Source: an uncultured Gammaproteobacteria bacterium
GTDB lineage: Bacteria > Patescibacteriota > Microgenomatia > Levybacterales > GWA1-39-11
Direction of reading: 5' to 3'
Assembly: GCA_964425075.1 (NCBI GenBank)
Contig: CAYRKM010000001.1
Coordinates: forward strand, 18,756 to 82,755
Length of the DNA stretch: 64,000 bases
Shown: positions 1 through 9,623 of the stretch, piece after piece
Numbering within the stretch: the first letter of the stretch is position 1
How the letters are laid out: each line of letters begins with the position of its first letter
Notes under the pieces: generated by a model
The model's database searches: none
Seen by the model: the letters and a program-made list of their open reading frames with translations, nothing else
What the model was told of the DNA's origin: nothing
Program-made: the position numbers and the translations under genes

Positions 1-1
1 A

Positions 2-487
2 GAGCAAATTGCCTGCACTATGGAAGCAAAAGCTTGTCCTGATGGATCAAGCGTTGGAAGAACTGGCCCAAACTGTGAATTTGCACCCTGCCCAAAAATA
101 ACACCTACCCCAACAGATATTGGAGAGAAATTAGGAAAGTTTTACTGGAATATTAAAAATAGCAAATTAAGTAATGTATCTGAAAATGAAATAAAAAACG
201 TTTTACGTAATTATTCACCTGAAAATATTTATAGTGGAAGTTCTGCGCAGCTCACATTGATACAAATATCTACTCTGTCAGCGAATTTCGTTATATTAAC
301 AGGTGTAGGTTTAGATAAAAATTTACAGACAATACCAAGCGAACCTTTTGAATACATACTAGAAAAAAGTAACACATGGAAAATTGTAAATGCTTCAGAT
401 AAAGAATTCTGTTCTATTCTTAAAAAACTTCCAGATGATCTATTGGGAAGTAGACGTGAATATTATTTTAACTGTTTCTCAAATTAA
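2..487 (+). CDS. hypothetical protein, probably 5'-truncated by window edge (reading frame open from position 2)
   Basis: ORF 20..487 with no in-frame stop upstream to window start; Cys/Pro-rich N-terminal segment; no recognisable domain. Confidence 0.35.
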   Translation, partial: EQIACTMEAKACPDGSSVGRTGPNCEFAPCPKITPTPTDIGEKLGKFYWNIKNSKLSNVSENEIKNVLRNYSPENIYSGSSAQLTLIQISTLSANFVILTGVGLDKNLQTIPSEPFEYILEKSNTWKIVNASDKEFCSILKKLPDDLLGSRREYYFNCFSN

Positions 488-557
488 TTCTTCCTCTCAA
501 AATATTTTGTCAGAATTTCTTTTGCAATAGAGGTACTTACCTCAATATAGTGGATTA

Positions 558-2015
558 TTAAGGACTCAACTCATCTCTGTCCAACTCAGGATCTACGGTG
601 TCTATATCACCTACTCTTACAAATTCCTCGGCAAGACTTCTTGCTCTTCTAAGAACTCTTCTTGCTTTTCTACTCTCTGCAGGTGTTAATTGATCCCTCA
701 TATAGGGTATTCCTTCTTCCAAAATTCCAATTAAATTTCTTATTCTTGTTCCTGCTCCTGCAAAAGATACGGCATCCTCATCAGTCGGAAAACCCTCCTT
801 CTTTGCGCGAAAAACTCTTGCGAAATAACTCGCTGCAGCATCGGCTGGAGAAGCAAATCTTCCTGCCGCTTCCCTAATTCTATTAAATTCAGCAAGCTTT
901 TCAAAATTCGTCTCGAATAAATCTCTCATTCCAACTTGTCCTTGTCGAAACGCATTCAAATATGTATTTACCCGTATTCTAGCTGCTTTTTCGCTAACTA
1001 CATTGTCATCCCAAAATCTTCTAGCAAGAAAAAGAATATCATGCTCTGCTGCACCAGCCTCCACCAATCTACCCAACTGGCACGCGACCCTAAAAGCCAT
1101 AAGTGGCTGGTCTGGAACTTTTGTATTTCCCTTACCAGTATCTTGTTGGTTCCTGGGAACGACATAATTTTTTATAGAATCAGGAAGACCATAATAGAGA
1201 AGATCTCTTCTTACAACCTCAGGTTTGTGCCCAACACTCTTTGCAAACTCTTCAATTGTCAAATTTGGATTCATAGCTTTTTCTACCATCCATAAATCAC
1301 CATTTTGTTCTGCCCTTTCAAAATCTTTAGGTAGCCTTGAAGTGTTTTCAGAAACCTGAACCTTAAGTGCTTTTAGAGGGTGCATATTGTCAATTACCTG
1401 AACAACAGAATCCTCCTCTCCTAACATTTCAAGTGCTCTCAATCTTCGATGTCCCGCTATAACAATAAGCCAGGCAGGCTGATCATTATGTGTAGTTTGA
1501 ACTAAATCTATCAGGCGTTTTCTTTGCTCCTGTGGGATTTTTTTACCTACTGTAGAATAAGCCGCGATAAGATACATACGTGCAGCCTCAGGAGTTGTAT
1601 ATCTAGCAACCAATATCGGGTGAATAAGTAATCCTTCTGCCTGAATATTTCCTGCTAAAGTTTCTATGTCTTCATATATTTTTCTTTGCTGAACTACCGT
1701 GTTAAAACTTGCAATTGAATGTTTCTCAAATACTCCCTGTCTTATTTCACCACTGACTTCTTCCTCCTCCATAATTAAGTCAAGCTCTCCATTTACTGCT
1801 TCCGGTCTCCTATGAGAAAGGGGAAGAAATTCCTGCCCTAATAATCCCATTTGTTCCGCAGGTGGTACATAGGGTAATTCTTCTTGTTCTAGAAAAGGTT
1901 CATGTCCATTTACACCATCCGCCACTACCCATTCCTGATCTCCAAATCCAGCGAATCCTCCCTGAACTAAGGAGGTGCCTTCCAAAACTTCATGCTCAAT
2001 TTCTGGTGAAACCAT
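558..2015 (-). CDS. ParB/Srx-domain (ParB-like nuclease domain) protein
   Basis: 485-aa ORF containing ParB N-terminal signature ...LIVIAGHRRLRALEMLG... (GxRRxRA arginine patch). Confidence 0.5.
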   Translation of the reverse strand: MVSPEIEHEVLEGTSLVQGGFAGFGDQEWVVADGVNGHEPFLEQEELPYVPPAEQMGLLGQEFLPLSHRRPEAVNGELDLIMEEEEVSGEIRQGVFEKHSIASFNTVVQQRKIYEDIETLAGNIQAEGLLIHPILVARYTTPEAARMYLIAAYSTVGKKIPQEQRKRLIDLVQTTHNDQPAWLIVIAGHRRLRALEMLGEEDSVVQVIDNMHPLKALKVQVSENTSRLPKDFERAEQNGDLWMVEKAMNPNLTIEEFAKSVGHKPEVVRRDLLYYGLPDSIKNYVVPRNQQDTGKGNTKVPDQPLMAFRVACQLGRLVEAGAAEHDILFLARRFWDDNVVSEKAARIRVNTYLNAFRQGQVGMRDLFETNFEKLAEFNRIREAAGRFASPADAAASYFARVFRAKKEGFPTDEDAVSFAGAGTRIRNLIGILEEGIPYMRDQLTPAESRKARRVLRRARSLAEEFVRVGDIDTVDPELDRDELSP

Positions 2016-2094
2016 GAATACGATAATACAACTGAAGCCTTAAATTATCAATAACTTAAGAGCAGAAAAAGATTGTGGTATAAGTAAGCTTAAT

Positions 2095-3867
2095 CTAATT
2101 TTTTTTCTCAAAATAATTTGTCAGAATTTCTTTTGCAATTGGTGCAGCAATTCTTGAACCTTCTCCTCCATTTTCTACCAAAACCGTCACGGCAATTTCA
2201 GGATTATAAAAAGGTGCAAAAACTGTAAAAGAAGCGTGCGGCTCTTGGTTGTAACCATGTGACTCGGCAGTTCCGGTTTTACAACCTACAATAACACGAG
2301 TCATTCTCGCACTTCCCGAAGCGTCTTCAATATAATCCAGTCCATCAATGGGAAGTTTGTCATTTTTGACCTTAAAATCAAAGAACGGATAAGCAGTCCC
2401 ACCGGTTTCACATGCCTGTCTCATACCCTCCCTAACAATTGCTAAGTCTTCCTTTGAAGCGATATCTTTTTTAACAAGCTTTCCACTTCCCTTTAAAATA
2501 TGTGGTCTATACATCTCTCCACCGTTTGCAACAATTTGAGTATACAAATTTACTTGAAGAGGCGTAGCCTCAAGATATCCCTGACCGATACTCATATTAT
2601 ATGTATCTCCCAAATACCAATTTTCATTTAAAACCTTTTTCTTCCAGGATATTCCAGGTACGGTACCATTCACTTCACCCGGAAGGTCAATACCTGTTAT
2701 CTTTCCTAATCCAAAATTGCCTGCCCATTTATCAAGTTCTTCCTCTCCAATTTTTTCTCCTACTTTATAAAAAAAGATGTCATTCGACCTTCGGATCGCG
2801 CCTCTTAAATCCAAAAAGCCCTCTTTTCTGCCATTCTGCAAATAATTCCATGTTCCAAAATTTATTCCTCCAATGCTTACAACTCCAGTATCTTCAATTT
2901 CTGTATCTTCTGAAATTGCATTTGTGCCAAGACCCGCAACGGACGTTATCAACTTAAAAGTCGATCCAGGCGGATATACTCCTGCAATCGCCCTATCAAC
3001 TAATGGAAAGTTTTTATCATCAAGCAATACATCTACCTTTTTTTTATAAATTCCTGTTGGAACATATGATTCTTCTCGAGTAAATAAATTGGGATCAAAA
3101 GTTGGCTTTGAGTAAAGTGCGAGAACCTCCCCGTTTCTAGGATCGGAAGCAACAACTGCACCTTTCTCAACATTTCTCATTGCTTCATGGACCGCAAGCT
3201 GCAGTTTACCATCAAGCGTTGTATTAATAATTCCTCCTTCTCGTGGCTCATCCTCACCAAGTAACCTTATTCTTTCTCCTTTTGCATTTACCTCATACAA
3301 TTGCCTTCCGTTTTGACCATGCAAAAGCTTTTCGTATTGCTCTTCAAGTCCCATTCTCCCCGTAAAATCAGCAATTCCATAATCCTTAAATTCCGGCAAT
3401 AATGCTTCATTCCCCGAAATTTGTCCAATATATCCCAATGCATGAGCAGCCGCATCCTTTAAGAGATATTCTCTTTTAACTGTTGAAATAACAGGCTCCT
3501 TATCGGCAATTCTTTTCAAGGCTTCATCTTTTGAAAGCCATATTAATTCCTTTCCTTGAAGAATAGTAAATGCTGGAGTATTCCTAACAAGTGCTTCGTT
3601 ATTTCTATCAAATATAATTCCTCTTGGTGCTGGTATTAATTCTGTACGAATTCTATTTTCATCAGAAAGTCTTGAATAATAAGAAGCCCTAACAATTTGC
3701 AAAGTAAAAAGTCGAGTGAGCAATATTCCAAAAATTACTACTAAAATAATAAGGGGTGCAACTCGCAAAACAGGTTTGGATGTGGAACCACCAAAACCCC
3801 TTCTTCTTTTAAAGTGTTCTTCAAATACATGATCTGAAAATGCATGCCCAACTGACTTTTTTATCAT
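2095..3867 (-). CDS. mrdA: penicillin-binding protein 2 (peptidoglycan D,D-transpeptidase)
   Basis: 590 aa; N-terminal TM; SxxK (GSTFKLITS), SxD/SND and KTG (CKTGTAE) transpeptidase motifs; follows mreC-mreD. Confidence 0.85.
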   Translation of the reverse strand: MIKKSVGHAFSDHVFEEHFKRRRGFGGSTSKPVLRVAPLIILVVIFGILLTRLFTLQIVRASYYSRLSDENRIRTELIPAPRGIIFDRNNEALVRNTPAFTILQGKELIWLSKDEALKRIADKEPVISTVKREYLLKDAAAHALGYIGQISGNEALLPEFKDYGIADFTGRMGLEEQYEKLLHGQNGRQLYEVNAKGERIRLLGEDEPREGGIINTTLDGKLQLAVHEAMRNVEKGAVVASDPRNGEVLALYSKPTFDPNLFTREESYVPTGIYKKKVDVLLDDKNFPLVDRAIAGVYPPGSTFKLITSVAGLGTNAISEDTEIEDTGVVSIGGINFGTWNYLQNGRKEGFLDLRGAIRRSNDIFFYKVGEKIGEEELDKWAGNFGLGKITGIDLPGEVNGTVPGISWKKKVLNENWYLGDTYNMSIGQGYLEATPLQVNLYTQIVANGGEMYRPHILKGSGKLVKKDIASKEDLAIVREGMRQACETGGTAYPFFDFKVKNDKLPIDGLDYIEDASGSARMTRVIVGCKTGTAESHGYNQEPHASFTVFAPFYNPEIAVTVLVENGGEGSRIAAPIAKEILTNYFEKKN

Positions 3868-4280
3868 AATATTCCTTTCTTAACTAAATATTGAAAGATA
3901 TAAAATAATGCCCCGGCAATAAGTAAAAGCAGAACAACACTAGAAAGCGAATAAGATAAAATGTATGAATAGACAAAAGTCGCAATGATAGTAATTAGAG
4001 TTATAACCATAACATCTGATGATCCAAAATATTTTTCGTATAAATAAATTATCAAGAAAGTTGCAAAAATAAAAAATGGTGTAATTCCAAAATTTTCAAT
4101 TCTTAATGAATCAACCATAAGCCCTGCCAAAAGTACAAAAAGAAAAGAAATTTCATTTCTATAAAAAGATAAAACTAGAATCGAAAAGATAAAAATAAAA
4201 GGTATTGAAAAAAAAGAAAACTCCAATAAAAGAAAAAGTATAAGGATTAAAAGAAAAAGTACCAAATAGGAATTCTTCAC
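3864..4280 (-). CDS. mreD: rod shape-determining protein MreD (probable)
   Basis: 138-aa polytopic membrane protein located between mreC and mrdA; overlaps both by 4 nt (operon coupling). Confidence 0.55.
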   Translation of the reverse strand: MKNSYLVLFLLILILFLLLEFSFFSIPFIFIFSILVLSFYRNEISFLFVLLAGLMVDSLRIENFGITPFFIFATFLIIYLYEKYFGSSDVMVITLITIIATFVYSYILSYSLSSVVLLLLIAGALFYIFQYLVKKGIL

Positions 4281-5077
4281 AGTGATTGAATTACAAAAAC
4301 ATTTGTCAATCTTGAAAAATCAAGAATTGGCATAATCTCAGCGCTTTGAAATGGCTGAGACTCATTTTTTGAAACTGATTTTATTTTTCCAATTATTATA
4401 TCGGGCAATATTCCTATCCCATTTTGGCCTACTTCTCCTTTTGTTACAACAATTCCGTCCTTTATTAAGGTATCTGTTATTACCACTCTGTCAAAAATCA
4501 TAAAATCTTGATGTCCTACGACAATTCCATTTGCATTTGTTTCGGGTAACTTTGCTAACGTCTGAAATTTATCATTTACAATCGTATACACTACTGAATA
4601 ATTTTTCGAAACTTCTTCAACTTTTCCAACAAGATACTTACTAGATATAACATTCATTCCTTTTTGAATATTCTGCGCCTCTCCCACATTTATTACAAAT
4701 GCTGTTGGCAAATTTCGCTGTCCTAAAAAACCAACAATCTTTGCATTCATAAGACTTTGAGAATAGTTTTGTGAGATTTGAAATTGACTCCGCAACGCTT
4801 CATTCTCGCGCTTTATTAATTCGTAATCAACCACTCTTGAAGAAAGTTCCTGATTTTTTTTCTGAAGTTCCAAGATTTCCTTTTGCCGCAAGTCACCTTT
4901 CAATGAATATAAAATTGCCCTTGGGGAAGAGAAAATATTTTGAATGCCTCCTTGAAACCATTTGGCAGCCGCTGAGTCTCTATACAAAAAAATTCCAATG
5001 GAGACTAGAAGAAAAATTATTGTAATAATAAGAAGCTTTTTATTCTTTGAAGTACCTGTAGTTTGTGCTCCTCTCAT
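4277..5077 (-). CDS. mreC: rod shape-determining protein MreC
   Basis: 266 aa; N-terminal TM, coiled-coil (LELQKKNQELS...), beta-domains with YLVGKV motif; gene order mreC-mreD-mrdA. Confidence 0.8.
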   Translation of the reverse strand: MRGAQTTGTSKNKKLLIITIIFLLVSIGIFLYRDSAAAKWFQGGIQNIFSSPRAILYSLKGDLRQKEILELQKKNQELSSRVVDYELIKRENEALRSQFQISQNYSQSLMNAKIVGFLGQRNLPTAFVINVGEAQNIQKGMNVISSKYLVGKVEEVSKNYSVVYTIVNDKFQTLAKLPETNANGIVVGHQDFMIFDRVVITDTLIKDGIVVTKGEVGQNGIGILPDIIIGKIKSVSKNESQPFQSAEIMPILDFSRLTNVFVIQSL

Positions 5078-5120
5078 AACCTCATATGTTAACAGAGATG
5101 AGGTCGTCTTGGCAAGAAAA

Positions 5121-5145
5121 GGTGTGCCCCCGATGGCTTCGGGGG
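5121..5145 (-). terminator. perfect 9-bp stem hairpin GTGCCCCCG-ATGGCTT-CGGGGGCAC downstream of island A gene
   Basis: inverted repeat read directly; lies 20 nt after stop of 5165..5566 on the minus strand, followed by CTTTTCTTG. Confidence 0.45.
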
Positions 5146-5164
5146 CACGGATGTGTTGACTGTG

Positions 5165-5566
5165 TCAAACCGAGATCGCGGGGAACTCCTCCTCAACGGG
5201 GTCGTTCACCTCCATCCAGTTGTGGACGCGGAACCCGCATCGCACACAGTACTGGTCTCGCTCCTTGTCGGGGAGCGTTTCCTCTCGAATTTGCCCTTCG
5301 CATCGGGGACATGGTGGACAGCTCTCGGCGAAGAACCTGAGAAATGCCCAGATAGTCGTACGACGCAGGCCGGAGTACGGACCGATGTTTTGGACCCTCT
5401 GGTGGTAGATGGTCCAGTTGACCCGAACTGGGAAGAGGCCATCTCCAACCCGCATGTACGTCCAGTACACGATTGTTGGATTAGCCTTGAACTCCCCGAT
5501 GCTGGGAAGAACATCCATGGGTACGGAATTCTCCTCCAACACTGAAGTTACGGAACTGCTTGTCAC
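5165..5566 (-). CDS. zinc-ribbon protein, hypothetical (GC-rich island A)
   Basis: 133 aa, GTG start 6 nt after AGGAGGAGATAG RBS; CPPCPRC...(18 aa)...CVRCG C4 motif; ~60% GC versus ~35% flanks. Confidence 0.5.
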   Translation of the reverse strand: MTSSSVTSVLEENSVPMDVLPSIGEFKANPTIVYWTYMRVGDGLFPVRVNWTIYHQRVQNIGPYSGLRRTTIWAFLRFFAESCPPCPRCEGQIREETLPDKERDQYCVRCGFRVHNWMEVNDPVEEEFPAISV

Positions 5567-5881
5567 CTATCTCCTCCTAACGAAGCGCTTGCCTATCGGC
5601 AGTCTATCTACACGTGTGTTATAACATCTTCCCCAAGCTAATGCTTGGGGTAAACCTCTAAAGGAAGATGCTTTCTTACTTCAATTCATCCCCTCACTTC
5701 GTATCGGGGTTTTCTTGAAGAGCGAATAAACAGGCTGCCGTAGGCAAAATTCTATAGTCAACTTTAAAAGAACTTTATTAGCTACTTGGAAAGCAATTAT
5801 CCAATTTGCAAACAAGGAGATATTTTACTACTGTTTTTTGTAAAATACTATAGGGATTTTCTATCTTAGACTAAAGACCTT

Positions 5882-6547
5882 TTAGGAGAGTTTGCGGTAA
5901 ACGTACGCTGTTGCAATCATTATAACTGGCCAAACAATAAATATCCCAATTCCAAAAGCGATAATCCCCAACAAACAAAGTCCTGCGAATATCAATCCCA
6001 AGAGGAAAAGATTCCATTTGTGACCCTGTGTTAGCTTGCCGCTTGCAGAAATTGCCTCAAGTGGGCCCATTTTTTTATCAACTACAAAATATGAATAAAA
6101 TTGGAATTTAACTGCCCAAATAATTCCAGGAACAACTAAAAGAAGGACCCCCGCAAAAACTATCAACCCATATAAAAGACTTGAAAGAAAATAATTCCAT
6201 GCAAGATTGTAATGTTTAAAAAGATCTTCAATTATAGGTTTTTTCCCATCTATAAATTTAAGAGATATAGCAATAAGCCCAATACTAACCACAATCTGCA
6301 AGATCTTAGCTGCAAGACCTAAAACAAAGCTGAAAGCTGGAAAATTATTTTTTAGCTGATTCTGGAAAATTGAAGGAATAAAATTAACAGCCGCAACAAC
6401 TATGATAACGACCAAAAGAAATTGCCAATTCTTTTTGAATGTCTCCCAAGCGTATACTAACGCCTCTTTTTTTGAAAATGAATTCTTTGCCATATTGATA
6501 AGTTCTAAATGTATTGTCCTCAAAGACAGTATAAATGTCAAGAGCAA
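5882..6547 (-). CDS. polytopic membrane protein, hypothetical
   Basis: 221 aa, about six hydrophobic helices, no catalytic motif recognised. Confidence 0.55.
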   Translation of the reverse strand: MLLTFILSLRTIHLELINMAKNSFSKKEALVYAWETFKKNWQFLLVVIIVVAAVNFIPSIFQNQLKNNFPAFSFVLGLAAKILQIVVSIGLIAISLKFIDGKKPIIEDLFKHYNLAWNYFLSSLLYGLIVFAGVLLLVVPGIIWAVKFQFYSYFVVDKKMGPLEAISASGKLTQGHKWNLFLLGLIFAGLCLLGIIAFGIGIFIVWPVIMIATAYVYRKLS

Positions 6548-7693
6548 TCAAGAACGCAGATCTTCGGTTGCTTCTAATACTTCTGGACTTACAAATGAAC
6601 CTATATATTGGACGCTACCATCAACCATCTTATCCAAACTCTCCAACGACTCATCGGGATCTCTTGCCACCAAAAGATCTCCTGTTGCAAGCATATCCAG
6701 CATAATTTTTTGAGTTCTTTCAAAAGAAAATTTGGGAAATCTATCAGACACGTCTCTTAGATATTCTGTCAATAAGTTAGCATAATCATGAATTGCTTTT
6801 TTTCTTTCTTTAGCGCTTTCCAAAAAATCCTGAGCTTTAAAACCATGGCTATTTCCCATCAAAACTGAAGCTTTTGCGTCAGGTGGTGTAAGCCCTTGCT
6901 CAATTGCAGCTCTACTTTTTGATATGAGAAGTGCTGTTCTTCCGTCTAACTGAGTTTCGTCCGAAAATCTATTTTTGGCTATATCCATTATTTGCTCAAG
7001 AAAATTTTCTGTTTTTGTGTTGGGTGCGTAAGCTGCAAGTTGGGGGGATAATTTAGCAAGCATTCCTCCAGCCAACAATGCTACACCCATTCCTTTTATA
7101 AATGAACGGCGCGAAATAAGAGGTGACTGCGAATTTGCTCTATTACCCTCATACCATAAAGCAATATTTGCCAAAGAAAGCAAAGCAGCTGTTGCAACAA
7201 CCTCCCTAGTTGCCTCGTTCTTCTCGAAAATTTGCCGCCTCTCACCCTCGTTTGAGGTAAATCTACTAATATCCAACCTCTCCTCTATAGACGCGCTGTC
7301 TTCTATTTCATACTTGATATTGGTGTAAGACACATCGCCCGCAACAACTATCAACTCGCCCTTATTATTAATTTCTGACGGTCTTGCTGGAAGTCCCATC
7401 CAAACCCAGCGTTTTGCTGAAATTGGATAATCCCCCAAAGAATCCAAATCTAAATGCAAAGAATTTGGGTAAGATCCATCAACAGCAACAATACTTGGCT
7501 GATATTCCGACATTCTTCTTGCAACCTCAGAATTCCAAGCAAATGTATCAATGTCTCCTACTCCTTTTGAGTAAAACTGTCTCAACTCAGTGCCATCAGA
7601 ATGAACTCCTGGTTCAAAAAATATCTGACCATCTAATTGTCTTTCTTTTGGAACTAAGGATTCTTGATGATGTGTTTGACTTTGTATTTCCAT
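6548..7693 (-). CDS. hypothetical protein with internal twin-arginine-like segment
   Basis: ORF directly after sortase stop; start placed at the MEIQSQ Met to avoid overlap; mid-protein SRRSFIKGMGVALLAGG...AAYA resembles a Tat signal/TM. Confidence 0.5.
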   Translation of the reverse strand: MEIQSQTHHQESLVPKERQLDGQIFFEPGVHSDGTELRQFYSKGVGDIDTFAWNSEVARRMSEYQPSIVAVDGSYPNSLHLDLDSLGDYPISAKRWVWMGLPARPSEINNKGELIVVAGDVSYTNIKYEIEDSASIEERLDISRFTSNEGERRQIFEKNEATREVVATAALLSLANIALWYEGNRANSQSPLISRRSFIKGMGVALLAGGMLAKLSPQLAAYAPNTKTENFLEQIMDIAKNRFSDETQLDGRTALLISKSRAAIEQGLTPPDAKASVLMGNSHGFKAQDFLESAKERKKAIHDYANLLTEYLRDVSDRFPKFSFERTQKIMLDMLATGDLLVARDPDESLESLDKMVDGSVQYIGSFVSPEVLEATEDLRS

Positions 7694-7695
7694 AA

Positions 7696-8463
7696 CTATT
7701 TCAACGGTTCTGCAAATATGAGAAGTCTTTTCCAAGCAGTTCCCGGCGGCCAACAGGTTTGAAGAATCAATTTCTCGCCCTGCCCTATGTTTGAGGCGAT
7801 ATAATGAGTATCATCAGCATTAACTATCTCAGAATTTGTCATTTTGTAGTTATACCTCTGACCATTATAAAAAATTACTATATTATCTCCTATCTCCAAT
7901 TTATTCAGCAAATAAAATACAGCGTTATATCGCCCTACATTCCAAAAACTATCCGCGCTATGTGCGAAAAGATATGTTGTGCCATTAAGACCTGGAAAGG
8001 CAGTTCCCTTTGCATGCGCCACACCTTTCATGAGAGCTCTTAGATATTCATCTTCATTATTTGGATCTACATTTGAAATTATATGCTCATTTGCACCAAT
8101 TTTGGGAATTGTGACAGAAAATTCTGCTGAATCTGGAATGAGAATTTTTTCTTTCTCTCCAGCAATAATTGAGCCAAAAACACTTCTTCCTGCATTCGGA
8201 TTTTCATTTTCTATTCGCTCTAGAACTCTTGCGAATTCCGATGTGGTTTGTCCTTCTTGTGGGTCTCCAGCAATTAAGTATCGAATTTGAAAAACCTTTG
8301 CCAATTGGTATTGTGCTTCAAAATACGCAGCTGGTCCAAATGTTGCAAACAAACCAAACACAGTTAAGAGAATCAAAAAATTACTAATCGTGCGGATTAT
8401 TAGAAATCTAATAATTTTTTTTCTTTGAGAGACCGTAATGTGTTTTTGGGGAGGAACAGCCAT
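7696..8463 (-). CDS. sortase-family transpeptidase
   Basis: 255 aa; N-terminal TM; conserved His (LFAHS), catalytic LxTC (LILQTCWPPG) and downstream Arg (WKRLLIF). Confidence 0.75.
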   Translation of the reverse strand: MAVPPQKHITVSQRKKIIRFLIIRTISNFLILLTVFGLFATFGPAAYFEAQYQLAKVFQIRYLIAGDPQEGQTTSEFARVLERIENENPNAGRSVFGSIIAGEKEKILIPDSAEFSVTIPKIGANEHIISNVDPNNEDEYLRALMKGVAHAKGTAFPGLNGTTYLFAHSADSFWNVGRYNAVFYLLNKLEIGDNIVIFYNGQRYNYKMTNSEIVNADDTHYIASNIGQGEKLILQTCWPPGTAWKRLLIFAEPLK

Positions 8464-8588
8464 ATGGTTAGTTGTTAGTTTGTCAGTGGTTAGTTAATAG
8501 TTAAATTTTAAGTTTTAATTTTTTAATTTTAAATTGATACTAAATTCAGTAATCAGAAATCCATATTCAAAATTCTATATTACAACTT

Positions 8589-9026
8589 CTATTCCCTATC
8601 TCTTCCTTCTTCGATGAAAAAAGGTTTTTTATCAGTTACCCATTTAATAACAGCATCTTGAAGAGCAGGTGGAACTATTTTTTGACTGATAAATTCCTCG
8701 TAACCAAACCAATAAAAAGACACATGTTCTTCTCGTGACTTTACTTCTTCAACATCAATATCTACATGAAACAAAAAACTTATCTCATGTTTTAGCGTTT
8801 CATCCTGAGTAAATAAATTCTCAATTCCTCCTATGAATTGTACCGCAGTTACTCTTGCCCCCATTTCCTCGCGAAGTTCGCGGGCTAGTGCTTCACGCAT
8901 ATTTTCTGAGAATTCAATATGCCCTCCAGGAAGAAAAAAATAATCCCTCCCTTTTGTTTGACACACCAAAATTTTTTTGTCTCTTATAACGAGCGCTCTA
9001 ACTATTAATTCAAAATTATTAGCCAT
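8589..9026 (-). CDS. NUDIX hydrolase
   Basis: 145 aa; canonical Nudix box GGHIEFSENMREALARELREEMGARV (GX5EX7REUXEEXGU). Confidence 0.8.
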   Translation of the reverse strand: MANNFELIVRALVIRDKKILVCQTKGRDYFFLPGGHIEFSENMREALARELREEMGARVTAVQFIGGIENLFTQDETLKHEISFLFHVDIDVEEVKSREEHVSFYWFGYEEFISQKIVPPALQDAVIKWVTDKKPFFIEEGRDRE

Positions 9027-9071
9027 AACTCAATTGTATGTGAGATTTACTTGGGGTTCAAGGCGAAAAAA

Positions 9072-9620
9072 TTAACTTTTTTTAGAGGTTATAATTGATG
9101 CCACATTAAATAAAATAATCATTAAGAAAGCAGTTGCTGCCATCAATGGAATTGTTATATATCCAAAGCTTGCAAATTGTATCGTGCTGCATTTTGCAGT
9201 TTCCTCAGAACATTCTAAAAGATTTGGGAAAAGCTGCATAAGATAATGATAGGTTGCAATTAAAAATCCAATTATAGAAAGCGGTAGAACATATTTCTCA
9301 ACCTTTTCATTGGTAAAAAGCCCTACCCCAGCAACAATTACAATAGGGTACATAAAAATCCTTTGATACCAACATAATTTACAAGGATTGAAATGCGCAA
9401 TTTCTGAGAGAAAAAGACTTCCCACCGTAGCAATGGACGCAACTATCAAAGAAAAAGACAATGAGTTTTGCCCAAAAAATTTGGTTATGGTATGAAAAAT
9501 GGTTTTTTTCTTGGGGGAAAAATAATAGACAAGCAAGCTAATTAATAATCCTACACTTAAAACTTGCCCAACAACTGTCAATGCTGCAAGGGAGAGAATA
9601 ATACTTTGTATAAATTCCAT
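9072..9620 (-). CDS. disulfide bond formation protein B-like (DsbB/BdbC family)
   Basis: 182 aa, 4-TM; paired cysteines including CKLCWYQRIFMYP motif typical of DsbB/BdbC. Confidence 0.7.
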   Translation of the reverse strand: MEFIQSIILSLAALTVVGQVLSVGLLISLLVYYFSPKKKTIFHTITKFFGQNSLSFSLIVASIATVGSLFLSEIAHFNPCKLCWYQRIFMYPIVIVAGVGLFTNEKVEKYVLPLSIIGFLIATYHYLMQLFPNLLECSEETAKCSTIQFASFGYITIPLMAATAFLMIILFNVASIITSKKS

Positions 9621-9623
9621 ATT

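Noticed and set aside
662-1295. Antisense ORFs 662-877 and 936-1295 inside the ParB-domain gene
   Set aside because: Low-complexity translations on the opposite strand of a well-formed 485-aa gene, as is typical for AT-rich DNA.
5165-5566. TnpB/IS605-type transposase zinc finger
   Set aside because: Only the CxxC...CxxCG spacing matches. The RuvC-like catalytic motifs and typical ~400-aa length are absent.
5086-5624. Plus-strand ORFs 5086-5340, 5153-5545, 5220-5408, 5409-5624 and minus ORF 5206-5514
   Set aside because: All overlap the RBS-supported zinc-ribbon gene on the opposite or alternate frame. They are GC-rich frame artefacts.
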